From: Candidatus Binatia bacterium
Lineage (GTDB): Bacteria > Desulfobacterota > Binatia > UBA9968 > CAXXLF01
NCBI GenBank assembly: GCA_963664015.2
Contig: CAXXLF010000001.1
Coordinates: forward strand, 1,203,002 to 1,267,001
Direction: 5' to 3'
DNA: 64,000 nt
Part shown: positions 33,638-44,287 of the stretch, in pieces
Numbering within the stretch: the stretch's first letter is position 1
How the letters are laid out: each line of letters begins with the position of its first letter
The notes under the pieces: model-generated
Databases searched by the model: none
The model's input: only the letters and a program-made list of their open reading frames with translations
What the model was told of the DNA's origin: nothing
Position numbers and translations under genes: made by a program

Positions 33638-35073
33638 ACACCGCTCCTATCGTTTCCAAAGTCTGGAGCTTCTGCACCACCCTGCGCGATGACGGGGTCG
33701 GCTATGGCGACTACCTGGAGCAGCTCACCTATCTGATCTTCCTCAAGATGGCCGACGAGTACGGGAAGCCGCCGCACAAACGCGATGTCGGCATCCCCGT
33801 TGAATACAACTGGCAGAACCTGAAATCGAAGAACGGTGCGGAGCTCGAAAGCCACTACGTCACCCTGCTGCGCCAGCTCGGCACCAAGAAGGGCATGCTG
33901 GGGCAGATCTTCACCAAAGCCCAGAACAAGGTCCAGGACCCGGCGAAGCTCTATCGCCTTATCGACATGGTGGACGACACCGAGTGGGTCACCATGGGCG
34001 CCGACATCAAGGGCGATATCTACGAAAACCTGCTGGAGCGAAACGCCGAGGACACCAAGTCGGGCGCCGGGCAGTATTTCACGCCGCGCGCCCTCATCCG
34101 TGCCATGGTCGAGTGTGTGCGGCCCGAACCGAGCAAGCTCATCGCCGACCCGGACAACTTCAAGCTCGACAAGAAGCAGAAGGCGTTTCTGAAGCACGAA
34201 GAGTTTCACGGCAACGAGATCGTCGCCAACACGCGCCGCCTGTGCCTGATGAACATGTTCCTGCACAACATCGGTGAGATCGACGGCGGCGCGCCCATAT
34301 CGTCGAATGATTCGTTGGTCGCCGATGCCGGGAAGCGTTTTGACTATGTGCTAGCGAACCCGCCTTTCGGCAAGAAGAGCTCCATGAGCTTTACGAACGA
34401 GGAGGGCGAGCAGGAAAAGGACGACCTGACCTACAACCGACAGGATTTCTGGGCGACCACCTCGAACAAACAGCTCAATTTCGTGCAGCACATTCGCACC
34501 ATGCTCAAGACTACCGGACGCGCCGCCGTCGTCGTGCCGGACAACGTGTTGTTTGAAGGCGGCGCCGGTGAGACGATCCGCAAGAAATTGCTGGACATCA
34601 CGGACCTGCACACCATCCTTCGGCTTCCAACCGGCGTGTTCTACGCGCAAGGGGTCAAGGCCAATGTGATCTTCTTCGATAACCACGAAGCCAGCCCGAA
34701 CCCCTGGACGAAACAAGTCTGGTACTACGACTACCGCACCAATATTCATCACACATTAAAGAAAAAGCCGATGCGCTTCGAGGACCTGTCGGACTTCGTC
34801 AGGTGCTACAACCCGCAGAACCGGCACAAGCGAAAGGCCGCCTGGGACGAGAAGGACGCGCCGGAAGGCCGTTGGCGCAGCTACAGCTATGAGGAGATCA
34901 GCGCGCGCGACAAGACCAGCCTCGATATTTTCTGGCTCAAGGACAAGAACCTGACCGACCTGGACAACCTGCCTGACCCCGACGACCTCGCCGAAGAGAT
35001 CATCGAGAACCTCGAAGCTGGCCTGAATAGTTTTCGCGAGGTACTCGCCGGTTTGCGGCAAGCAGGTAGTTGA
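33634..35073 (+). CDS. hsdM: Type I RM methyltransferase with an in-frame loss of motif I
   Basis: GAGQYFTPR and NPPF present; reads IADPDNFKL where DPACGTGGF is expected. Confidence 0.9.
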   Translation: MNTAPIVSKVWSFCTTLRDDGVGYGDYLEQLTYLIFLKMADEYGKPPHKRDVGIPVEYNWQNLKSKNGAELESHYVTLLRQLGTKKGMLGQIFTKAQNKVQDPAKLYRLIDMVDDTEWVTMGADIKGDIYENLLERNAEDTKSGAGQYFTPRALIRAMVECVRPEPSKLIADPDNFKLDKKQKAFLKHEEFHGNEIVANTRRLCLMNMFLHNIGEIDGGAPISSNDSLVADAGKRFDYVLANPPFGKKSSMSFTNEEGEQEKDDLTYNRQDFWATTSNKQLNFVQHIRTMLKTTGRAAVVVPDNVLFEGGAGETIRKKLLDITDLHTILRLPTGVFYAQGVKANVIFFDNHEASPNPWTKQVWYYDYRTNIHHTLKKKPMRFEDLSDFVRCYNPQNRHKRKAAWDEKDAPEGRWRSYSYEEISARDKTSLDIFWLKDKNLTDLDNLPDPDDLAEEIIENLEAGLNSFREVLAGLRQAGS

Positions 35074-35145
35074 ATGTGCGAACCGCCAGATCAGGCCGAG
35101 GAAGCGGATAACATATATACCCCCCTTGTCGACCCCATGTTTCCC

Positions 35146-35175
35146 TTGACACCCTTTCCTGGGCTGTCCTATATT
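35146..35175 (+). promoter_or_regulatory. Sigma70-type promoter
   Basis: TTGACA (35146-35151), 18 nt, TATATT (35170-35175). Confidence 0.55.
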
Positions 35176-35182
35176 CCCGCTC

Positions 35183-35308
35183 GCAACTATCGTGCAGATC
35201 CCCGTGACTCGGTTATCTGCTCAATACAATAACCCAACCAAGGTTCGGATTAGCTATCCGAGCTGGGTGAATAGGCAGAACTTCACACATCATCTGTGCG
35301 ATAGTTGC
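35183..35308 (+). ncRNA. Candidate structured RNA or 5' leader (long rod-like hairpin)
   Basis: 17-bp closing stem with two G-U pairs, nested stems GTGA/TCAC, TCTGC/GCAGA, ACCCA/TGGGT, GTTCGGA/TCCGAGC. Confidence 0.45.
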
Positions 35309-35367
35309 AAAATGGCCCGGCAATTTTGCCCGGTCACGACATCACTCTCTAACTAACAGGAGAAATC

Positions 35368-36412
35368 ATGTTTCACATCGTTTTTGCACTTTTGTTGCTA
35401 TTACTTGGGTGGATGCAGTGCAGGGGGCGGAGGTACGCAAGTTACCATGCAGCCACCTCCACCTGTTGTTGTTCCAACTCCCGAAGGAAATGCAGTCCGT
35501 ACCGCTGCCAAAGCGATCCCCAACTTCGGTAGTGTCACGCAATCGAGCAATGTGAGCTCGACCAACGTCACGTTCGATACCGCCAGAGCGTCATTCGACG
35601 GGACGAATGGCCGGGTTACAATCACCCACCAGGATTCCAGCACTACCACGCTGGACACCACCGTGGACTCAGTTATTCACGATAGCACCGAGTTCCCAAG
35701 TCTTATAAGATCTGGTTACCGCCACCGGCAGGTAGCCATAAAGAAGGCCGGGAGCGATGACATATATGCGGTTCTCGGAGCCGATTGGAAATCCGGAGAC
35801 CCGACCGACTACGTGGGGTACGGGTTTTGGCTCAAAGCGGATAATTTCAGGACCCCATCGATGAATATCCACGAGGTAGGAACATTCCTGGATGGTCCAG
35901 AACTGCGCGGCAATCCCATCGTGCCAGTAAGTGGAAGCGCTACCTATCGAGGCAAGTCCCAGGGGTATTATATTGCCGAGGTCGGGAGCAATCAGGAGAT
36001 TCCCCAGGGCTCGCGCGCATGGGGGGAGTTCGAGGCCGATGCCACTCTCCAGGCCGACTTCGATGCTGGAACGATAGGCGGCTCTATCAACAATGCTACA
36101 GTGATTGAGGACGCAGCAAATCCCGAAGGACAGATGCTATACATGAACAACAGCTACTCGGTCGATTACGTTCTTACCTTGGAAACTACCCCCATCGGCA
36201 CCGGCCAGTTCGTAGGCGACACCTCCATGAGCAGTCCTTCAAGGCAAGTCGCATCATCTAGCGGCAAGTGGGGCGGGCAGTTCTCCAACCGGCCAGTGAG
36301 CGCCACCGACGGCGATCCACGGCTAGTGGGCGGAACATTCGGCGGCGGCATCACCGAAGCGGACGGCAGCCGCTTTGACTATATCGGCGCTTTCGGCGCA
36401 GCTAAGCAGTAG
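35368..36412 (+). CDS. Surface lipoprotein with TbpB-like C-terminal beta-barrel; +1 frameshift in the signal peptide
   Basis: AGGAG RBS and MFHIVFALLLLL at 35368 join the lipobox LGGC only if one G of 35407-35409 is removed; GSATYRGK, ADFDAGTIGG and GAFGA barrel motifs. Confidence 0.7.
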
Positions 36413-36680
36413 GAACGATCTCAACCGTTACGCTGGGTCCTGACCCGACATTCGGCGTAGCCCAAAACCAGAATGGCGCGGGCAATTTCCCGCTCTCCGG
36501 GTTTCCTGATCGGAAACGAAGCCCAACCCTCGATCTTAAGGCTATAGCCCCTCCATGCTTTCCAAGGTCCTAGTTTAGGGATTTATAAAGATTTGCGACT
36601 GTTCCATCGGCACAAGTAGTGGGTGGGGGTTGTTAGGCGCTTCTTATCTTGAGTCTAGGACCGTGTCTCCAGTGGACACC

Positions 36681-38129
36681 GTGTTAAGCCATCAAAAAAT
36701 CTAACCCTAGCGGGATTCGTTGCGTCATTACAAAATCTAACCGAAGTCGTCTCGCATCTGTCGTTTCATGTCCTGTTGTTGGCGCTGTAGTTTCTTGCTG
36801 AAGGTCCAGTTTCTCCACGGCGTTTGTTTCAGCGGTGGTCTCTCTCGTGGGGCTCTGTCTGCATGGCTGGCCAGCTTGTAGATCCGCTGCAGTTGCTGAT
36901 CGATTCGGGTAGAGAGCTCGAAGGGATCAGTTGTCTTAAGCGTGTGCTTGAGGGCTGCCAGCTTTTTGGGGTCTCCCTTTCGGGACTCCACGACCCGTTC
37001 GAACGGGGTACGAGGCGTGTCATAGCGGCGAATAAGTCGAGAGCCTATACGGATCTTGCATCGCAGCTTCATGGAGGGCTGGAACAGATTCTGGAAGATC
37101 CTAAGCTCATCATAGAGCTGGTTGGCGGCCTCTTGGGCCTTTGCGGTGTCGTAGCGATCCCAGCCCATAAGCTTTCTGACATGGGTCCAGTTTTTCTGCT
37201 CGATGTGCGCGTTGTCATCTTTTTTGTAGGGACGCGAGCGGGTGAACTGAATGGTGTGGCCAGCTGGGCGTTGTTGACAGAAGGCAAGAAGGCGGTTGTT
37301 GATAAACTCACTGCCGTTGTCGGAGTCGATCCCCTTGAGGGGAAAAGGAAGCTGGTGTTCGATCTCGGTGACCGCATTCAAGACACCCAAAGCGCTCTTA
37401 CCCATGACGGCCTTGCGCTCTACCCAGCAGGTAGCAATGTCGACACAGTCCAGACTATGGACAAACTCCCCAACCGCTGAGGCCCCTGAGTGTGACACCA
37501 GGTCAATCTCCAGATAGCCCGGCCGGTTCACATCCCAGTGATCGGTCTTAATCGGGATCATCTGCTTTAGTAGCGATCCGGGCCGAGTGGTGCCATAGAG
37601 TCGGCGTTTCACGATGTGCTTGGTTTCCCTCAGGCGCCGATCCATCTGACGGGCGCTGATGGCCAGGAGCTGATCCTCTAACGGTTGGGTCAGCTCGAAG
37701 TGTTGCCTTATCCAGGGCAACCAGTGTACAAGGGCGGCCTTCAGACGTTGGGAGCACAGATACCCCGAGGCCTCCCACACCTTTGCCAAAATCCTTACCA
37801 TTGCCCGATTGTATGTAGGAGAGCGAGGTGCACCCCGTTTGCGTACAGTTGCCTCGGGCAAGGGCCGGTTTAAAAGCCAGATGGCATATTTGCGGTTGTA
37901 GCCGTAAACCTTGCAGAATTCCTCTAGCATCGTTCCCTTCTGTGCCCGTGGTGCGTGCTGATAACGATCATAGATGGATCGTAAATACTCCTGCTTGGAT
38001 CGTCGTGCCATGGTGAACCCTTCCATTGTTGCCCTCCTTGAGCTCTAATGTGAGCCCTTGGAGGGTTAGAATCACAAATGGCGCAACGTATCGCCCTTGG
38101 GTTAGATTATACATGGCGCAATACGCGGT
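36681..38129 (-). mobile_element. IS copy 1 (1449 bp), rve/DDE transposase, IS481/IS1202-like, family unclassified
   Basis: Near-identical to 44288-45736; each end has two GGTTAGA..TG(A/G)C boxes, inverted between the ends. Confidence 0.9.
36737..38026 (-). CDS. DDE transposase
   Basis: EIDLV, DSDNGSEF, SRPYKKDDNAHIEQKN integrase core. Confidence 0.92.
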   Translation of the reverse strand: MEGFTMARRSKQEYLRSIYDRYQHAPRAQKGTMLEEFCKVYGYNRKYAIWLLNRPLPEATVRKRGAPRSPTYNRAMVRILAKVWEASGYLCSQRLKAALVHWLPWIRQHFELTQPLEDQLLAISARQMDRRLRETKHIVKRRLYGTTRPGSLLKQMIPIKTDHWDVNRPGYLEIDLVSHSGASAVGEFVHSLDCVDIATCWVERKAVMGKSALGVLNAVTEIEHQLPFPLKGIDSDNGSEFINNRLLAFCQQRPAGHTIQFTRSRPYKKDDNAHIEQKNWTHVRKLMGWDRYDTAKAQEAANQLYDELRIFQNLFQPSMKLRCKIRIGSRLIRRYDTPRTPFERVVESRKGDPKKLAALKHTLKTTDPFELSTRIDQQLQRIYKLASHADRAPRERPPLKQTPWRNWTFSKKLQRQQQDMKRQMRDDFG

Positions 38130-38349
38130 CTGCGGCAAGTGAACCCGCATTACCTGCATGGGTACACGAGATGGTGCCCGACAAACCATGCGGCGGTTTC
38201 AGCACTGGCCTCAGCACCGGGGCCTGCACTGTGCGAGCCGAAGTATCGGACTGGATGAGCCTGGTAGCGGGCGGAGGTGGCGGCACTTGCCAGAATTGAT
38301 CGCCCTGCTCGAACCGCTCGTCCAGCCGGAAGCAAAGTAAGGGCGTTGC

Positions 38350-38832
38350 TCAGGGCTTGTAGATGCCGCAGCCGAAGATGTGGCCCTTGTGGCGGACGAC
38401 CCATGAGGACTTGGGCACGACCTTCCCGGAGAGGGGGTCTTCCCACCCATAATCCACCCATGCGCCCTGAGCCGTGGCCTTGTCCAGAATAGCACGACCG
38501 ATGTTGAGACCATTGGGGTCTAGCAGCGTGACCGTGTCGGAGCCGACAAGCGAGGGGGTCGCGGCGTGAGCGAGGATGGAGCCGCCCTTATCCGCCTTGA
38601 TCACGAAAATGTAGAGGTCGGCGCGCCTGAATTCGGAGCCGGGACGGCGGTTGAAACGATCGAAGGCCGCCTCCGCTCCTTTCTCGTCAAAGAGGGTGAC
38701 GGCTTTCACCACCATGGCCTGGGCCTGGGCTGGGGTGCCGCGCTTTTGCTCGTGCTTGCCGGCAAAGGCGGCAGCGGCGAGAAGCGCAAAGGAAACGATG
38801 AGCGCGATGTTTACGGTAACGACTTTTTTCAT
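38350..38832 (-). CDS. Stand-alone periplasmic Cache-domain protein
   Basis: Signal peptide; DLYIFV, DPNG, GAWVDYGW.P..K.S, GCGIY. Confidence 0.85.
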   Translation of the reverse strand: MKKVVTVNIALIVSFALLAAAAFAGKHEQKRGTPAQAQAMVVKAVTLFDEKGAEAAFDRFNRRPGSEFRRADLYIFVIKADKGGSILAHAATPSLVGSDTVTLLDPNGLNIGRAILDKATAQGAWVDYGWEDPLSGKVVPKSSWVVRHKGHIFGCGIYKP

Positions 38833-38866
38833 GGATTCGAGTCCTCACTGGGTTGCGTCTTTGTAA

Positions 38867-39070
38867 CCGGAGTTAACCTTGCCTTTTTGCTATTCTGGGT
38901 TTTCTTCCCTTTCGGATTCCAGCTTGTATTGTACCAATTCTCTCTTGGAATTTCCAGTCTATTTGGACGCGGTCCACCAAAGCATAGGGTTTTCTCCTTT
39001 CAGGTTTGATGGCCGTTACAACCACCATCCTGCTGAAGCTTGACCCCTTTTTCATGTTACCTGACACCGG
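38867..39070 (-). repeat. Chimeric miniature element, copy A (IS110-type leader + RAYT 3' end)
   Basis: Homologous to 41455-41546, 56613-56800, 57837-57862 and the RAYT end at 54358-54460. Confidence 0.75.
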
Positions 39071-39419
39071 CCACAGGGCGATGGGCTCAGCAGCGCCCGC
39101 ACGCTCATGCCTTGGCTCCTGGAGGGTGGGGCTTATGACATTTCCGAAGCGCGAACAAGCGCGTGAGACACGAACAAACACGGGATGCCTCCGTAAACCT
39201 GACATGGTTTTTTAGATGAATTTCGTCTTCCGTGGCACACCTTCCAGTTCCCGCACGCGTAATCCTTCGCATCGAGCTTCGAGTATCGCATGGTCCTATT
39301 CCCGTTTCAGACTCGCCGATGACTCCCCGGCCGGTTGCATTGTCCTGTGGACCCTGTAGAGCCCGGGCAAGCCGGGATTGACAAAAGCGCGGAAAGGGTC
39401 CGTGCAATGCCGAAGCCGC

Positions 39420-39890
39420 TTATTTCAGTTGCAGGATCTTGGGCCAGTTCACGTCCGCTTTGGCGATGTTGCCGGGGATGTCCTGCTCTCACTGCTTCTT
39501 GACACCCAGGCTGTAGTTGAGGTAGAGAGCGCCCTCCACGATACTCCAGGCGTCCGGGTCGGTGCTGGCAGTATACCCCTGGCTTACCGCCCAGGCGCAG
39601 TAGCCGCCGTACCGGGGGGCGTACTTTTCCGGCTTCGCCTCGAACGATTCCCGATTCTTAGCGCTGGCAAAGTACCAGGTCGCCCCCATCCACTCGAGCC
39701 GATGGGCGCTCTTTCCCCGAACCGGCCGGCCCTCGGTGAAATATGCCACGGGGTCATATCCCCGGATGGCGCCGCCGAGATAGGTCGAGAACACCGGCTC
39801 AATGGCCAACGCCCTGCTCGCGGCGACTGTCAAGGCTATGATGAAAAGCATTGGAATCACCACACGCCCGATGTTTTTTCCGCGATTCAT
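39420..39890 (-). pseudogene. YHS-domain exported protein with an in-frame TGA at 39489-39491
   Basis: GYDPVAYF, YAPRYGGYCAWA, LYLNY; the frame continues past TGA as EQDIPGNIAKADVNWPKIL. Confidence 0.8.
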
Positions 39891-40541
39891 GAATCCCTCC
39901 TCCCATGAAGTCACCCAAAGCTCTCCCGTCCGTCCAACTCCATGAACCGGCGCGGTATCCAGAGTCTCTCCCGCCGGTATTCTCACGGGTATACGCTTTC
40001 GCATCTAGCTTCGGGCGCCCCGCCGTGCTATCCATGTGCTTTTTATTTCATCTCATTCCAAGAGAGTTTGCAACACGCACCATGGCCTCGCTAACGCAGC
40101 TCGAATCAAACCAGGATTGCGTGGAGCAGCAGGGGGTCTGGCGTGCCTGAGCATGCCTGAGCGTCGCTGTAACCCTCGGAGCCCCTATGCCGACAAACCG
40201 TCGCGCCTGACGACGCTTGTCGTGCTCACCAGGCCGAGAAGGTTTTGCGGAAAGGCCGAACAGGATAAAATAAAATGAATGAAAACGAGCGAAATGAATT
40301 GGATCGGGTGGCGGCGGGCGTGGAGGAGCCTGCACGGCTGGGCTGCGTGCGAACCGAACCTTTCCTCAACGCACGCGAGTCCATCCTAATCAGCGGCACT
40401 GATCCGGCGGCAGGTCAACGATCTCTTGACTACACCGAATTGCTAAGATAACAGTTGGTTATACTAACCATGGGGTCCAGCCCCCGTCTTATAATTAAGG
40501 AGGGGCTGTGTCTCTGGCCGTTTGAGGTCAGGAGGTCAGGT

Positions 40542-41276
40542 ATGCGGAGAGCATTCTTTGCATTGATCGTTTCCCTCGCCGTGGCAGGCTTGCTGCCGGT
40601 TGGTGCGGCAGGGGCCGATGGCGGGGTGTATATCGGGGTTGGTGGTGGGGCCACGTTTCCGAACGGCGCCAGCAACACCCGCCGAGCCGTAGACGACTAT
40701 CCCGCACTCGACGTCGACAGCAGCAGCGATACGGGTTTCGCCGTGAACGGCGCGGTCGGGTACGCTTTTACCAATGGCTTACGAGTCGAAGGTGAAGTCG
40801 GCTACCGTAGGAGTGACTTGAATAAAATCAACGTCAAGAGTCCCGGCGCCCTCATCGACCTCCTACCGCCCTCCCAGCGGGACAACCCTCAGGCCCGTCA
40901 AAGCCTGTTGGGAAAACAGGACAACAGTGGCGCTTTCTCGACGGTTACCCTTATGTTCAATGGGTACTACGACATTGATGTAGGATCCGGCTGGAAACCC
41001 TATGTCGGCGGCGGTGTCGGAGTTGCCTTCCTTTCGGCTGAGTCGAAGTCTCCGACTACCGGCCGGAAACTTCTCGACGACAACGACACCGTGTTCGCGT
41101 ATCAGGTGGGAGGGGGGATCGGGTACGAGATCACCCCAGCCACGACCCTTAGTCTAGACTATCGGTACTTCGGGACCCAGGATCCAGCCCTGAAGAGTGA
41201 GGTGAGCGGACGCAACTTCGACAGTGAATACGGAGGGCATCACGTCGGCGCCAGCATCCGGTTCTCATTGCCCTAA
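40542..41276 (+). CDS. Outer-membrane 8-stranded beta-barrel (OMP_b-brl/Opa-like)
   Basis: Signal peptide, LRVEGEVGY, NGYYD, PYVGGGVG, FAYQ, LDYRY, terminal RF. Confidence 0.87.
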   Translation: MRRAFFALIVSLAVAGLLPVGAAGADGGVYIGVGGGATFPNGASNTRRAVDDYPALDVDSSSDTGFAVNGAVGYAFTNGLRVEGEVGYRRSDLNKINVKSPGALIDLLPPSQRDNPQARQSLLGKQDNSGAFSTVTLMFNGYYDIDVGSGWKPYVGGGVGVAFLSAESKSPTTGRKLLDDNDTVFAYQVGGGIGYEITPATTLSLDYRYFGTQDPALKSEVSGRNFDSEYGGHHVGASIRFSLP

Positions 41277-41454
41277 CGCACCGTCGCAGGCGTCCGGCGA
41301 ATAGTAACACTGGTGTCAAGTCTTGTCTCTTGCATCACTCCTTGTTTGCCAACCGGCTGACCGCGGCATGGTGCAGGCCTAGATAATCGGCCATCTCTCT
41401 CCGGCTGTACCCGTTACCATCCACCGCACAGCCGATTAAACTGTCCCGCTTAGG

Positions 41455-41710
41455 CCGGGGACAGGCAACATGAAAAAGGGGTCAAGCTCCGGCAGGATGG
41501 CGGTTGTAGCGGCCATCAAACCTGAAAGGAGCAGACCCCATGCTTTACGTCGGGATAGACTGTCACAAACGATGCGCCCGGGTAAATGCCATCGACAAGG
41601 CGCCAGTCGGCGCAGCGGTTCGGAAATAATTGAGGATGGCCGGGAAAATCGGAGAAATTCCCGGGCAAGATAACCCAAAAATCGCCCATGCAAAGCCCCT
41701 GAAAGGGCCG
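41455..41710 (+). repeat. Miniature element, copy B, retaining an IS110 transposase N-terminus
   Basis: AAGGAG RBS then ATG at 41540: MLYVGIDCHKRCARVNAID (IS110 DEDD first strand), stop at 41627. Confidence 0.7.
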
Positions 41711-42117
41711 TGCAACGACCGTGCTCGATGCCGCCGGAAACAGAAAAACGTCATGCATGCAGGAAGTCGATACGGACTGAAACGGTCACGGTGGCGTGGT
41801 CGTCGACGGGCACCGATTCGGGATTGCTTGACAGCGATAGTGCAGAACATCGAGCTGTCGATTGATCATGCACGGCCAAAACCCGGAGCGGTTATGGCTC
41901 GGTTGGATCTATTGCGCTATTTAACCGACGCTTGGGCAACAGCCCGACAAGACGTGACCCCGATGCGTAGAGCTTGCAGCCGAATCGGGTCGGCAGACCT
42001 TTAAGATAAGAATCGTAAGGTGATGTTCCCGCTCGTCGTCATCGCGGAAGATGAGCCGGCGGCGGATACGAAGTTCCATTGTAGTTCTGAATGGGAGGGG
42101 GACGGTCGGATTATTCG

Positions 42118-42902
42118 TCAGAGATGGCGGTTCAGGAAATCTATGGTCCGCTGGTGGGCGAGCCGTGCCGCCGGCGCATCGAACGCCGCCCCGTCCTCGA
42201 CGTCAAAACGGTCGCTGGCGCCTTTGTAGATGTGGACTTCCGTATTCTTATTCCGCGCCATAACTCGTTTGGCGAGCTCCTTCACGGCGTCCAGATCGCT
42301 GTCGGCCGCTTTTTCCGGATAGTGGGCGATAAGCGGCGCTTCCATTTTGTCCAGCCGGTAGGCGGCCGGGGCCGTGATGGCCCCGCTATCGCTATAGTAG
42401 ACAACGGATGCGCCGATGTCGAACCCGGCCACCGCCATGTGAAATGACCAGGCGGCCCCGTATCCCCAGCCCGCTACCGCGACGCGCCCGCCATCGACCT
42501 GAGGCAGGGAGCGGAGGTAGGAGAGCCCGCTTCTCATGTTTCTAAACACCACACGGTGATTGCTTTTCTTTATCTGCTCGCCAATGACGGGTCGGGCCGC
42601 TTGCGCCGAGGCATAGGTCTTGCCGTCGAAAGCGTCCAGCGCCAACGTGACGAACCCGGCGGCGGCAAAGGCCCTCGCCCTTTTCCGCATCTCGTTATTC
42701 AGCCCCCCGAAATCATGCATGAGGATCAACGCCGGCGCTTTCCCGGCGTTGTCGGGCGTAGCGAGAAACCCCTTTACGTCTCCGTAATAGGCAACCGTTT
42801 TTCCTGAACCGCATGGGCGCCGAACGGCGCAAGGAGCGTAGACGCAACGGCCAGCGGCGCCTTGCAGATCAGCCTTCGTGCTCGATGTTTTATCGAATGC
42901 AT
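42118..42902 (-). CDS. Dienelactone-hydrolase-fold exported protein with non-canonical active site; frameshift near 42802
   Basis: HDFGGLN, GWGYGA and GASDRF replace the usual HE..G, GWC.GG and GA.HAF; the signal peptide from ATG 42902 (..AHA-VQ) is one base out of frame. Confidence 0.7.
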
Positions 42903-43289
42903 GCTCGTTCCCTCCAGTCGTCACATGTTCGCAGCACCCCGCCGTGCGTCTGAGCCGAACACCTCGGTTTCCCACCCATGCTACGATAATAGACTCTATC
43001 CGGTTCCATGCCGCTCGGTTCAGCAACCGGACCCGCGTCATCGGCGCCTCCCCAAGCTGTCCCGCCGCTACACCGAAGCGAGAGAGGTGGGGAACTATCT
43101 AACGGGGTGGTATAGTTCAATGGGGTGAGTGGAGACGGGCGGGCCGGTCGGGTTGCATCATGGAACGGTAAGCAATGCGGTCGGCCGAGCCGCCGAGAGC
43201 AAGGACCGGGGCCTGCGCGCGGCTTTGAACGAAGCAGAGGCAGAAACCGAGAATCCATAGACACGGGCCCCGGGGCGGGAGGCAACGAA

Positions 43290-44156
43290 ATGAGATCGTC
43301 ATCGTGGAAACTAAGCGCCATCGGAGCCGCATTGGGAATATGCGCCGTGATCGGCGCGGCGGGACAGAGCGCGGCCGGAGAGGCGAAGCGTTCCGGCTGG
43401 TACATAGGCGCGGGCGTCGGGTTGAACTGGACATCCGAGATGGAGCAGGCGGGCCGCAACCGGGACACCATCTGTTACCCGAACAACGATTGCACCGGCG
43501 CCGCGCCCGGGGGCTATCGATGGTACTACGACCTCCCTGCGGACGGCGGCGCCGCGTTCGAAATCTCAGCCGGCCGCATGTTCGACAGAGCGCGCCTGGA
43601 ATTGTCTTTGACCGAGCGAAGAAACGACGTTGAACAAAAATTCACCGGCATCACCTACCTTGACGGATCCGCCATCGTACCTGACCCGGCGAGCAACTAT
43701 ACGGAGTCCGCCGCGACCGAGATCGATCGTCTGACGGTGCGCACCGTTTCGCTCAACGTCTACTACGACTTCCCCCTTGCGAAGAGCCGGCTCACGCCTT
43801 ACCTGGGCGCCGGAGTGGGTGTCTCTTTCGTCAAATTGTCGGGGCTGTATTACCACAGCCGATACTCGTGCAAGGATCCCTCATCGAATTGCGAGAGACC
43901 CGAGCAGTACAACAGCCGGCAGGATGTCGACCTGTCCGATACCGTCCTCTCCAAGAGCCTCTACGCCGGCGTCGACTACCGCCTGAATGACAGTTTTCTG
44001 CTGGGCCTGAAGCTCTCTTACGGCCTGGTGGACGACATGGAGGACAAAAGCGGTTACTCCGAGCATGCGGTTCCCGGCCTCACCAGCCTCACCAAAATAA
44101 GCGACATGGACCACCTGTCTCTGATGCTCGCCCTGAAGTACCGGTTCGGCGACTGA
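43290..44156 (+). CDS. Outer-membrane beta-barrel with Cys-paired loops
   Basis: Signal peptide, GWYIGAG, RLELS, NVYYDF, PYLGAGVG, YRF; loops CYPNNDC and CKDPSSNC. Confidence 0.85.
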   Translation: MRSSSWKLSAIGAALGICAVIGAAGQSAAGEAKRSGWYIGAGVGLNWTSEMEQAGRNRDTICYPNNDCTGAAPGGYRWYYDLPADGGAAFEISAGRMFDRARLELSLTERRNDVEQKFTGITYLDGSAIVPDPASNYTESAATEIDRLTVRTVSLNVYYDFPLAKSRLTPYLGAGVGVSFVKLSGLYYHSRYSCKDPSSNCERPEQYNSRQDVDLSDTVLSKSLYAGVDYRLNDSFLLGLKLSYGLVDDMEDKSGYSEHAVPGLTSLTKISDMDHLSLMLALKYRFGD

Positions 44157-44287
44157 CGCCGCTCAACGTCCCCCTCGCCTGCGGCCGAGCCGCTAGACAA
44201 CGGGGGCGCCTTCCGTTGGCTTTGCCATCTTCGGCCTCACCAGCCACGCGCCGAGCGCCGGCAGGAGCACGATGGCCGCGACCATGC

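Noticed and set aside
29880-34266. Long antisense ORFs (429, 251, 290 aa) opposite hsdR/hsdM, and similar ones elsewhere
   Set aside because: Shadow frames of GC-rich coding sequence with no recognisable motifs
35183-35308. Integron attC site or canonical 6S RNA
   Set aside because: No RYYYAAC/GTTRRRY cores and no integron integrase; shorter than 6S and without a clear large central bubble. Kept only as an unknown structure
41455-41540. IS110 bridge RNA
   Set aside because: Only a short RBS-sequestering hairpin leader remains; no intact recombinase or long non-coding end is visible
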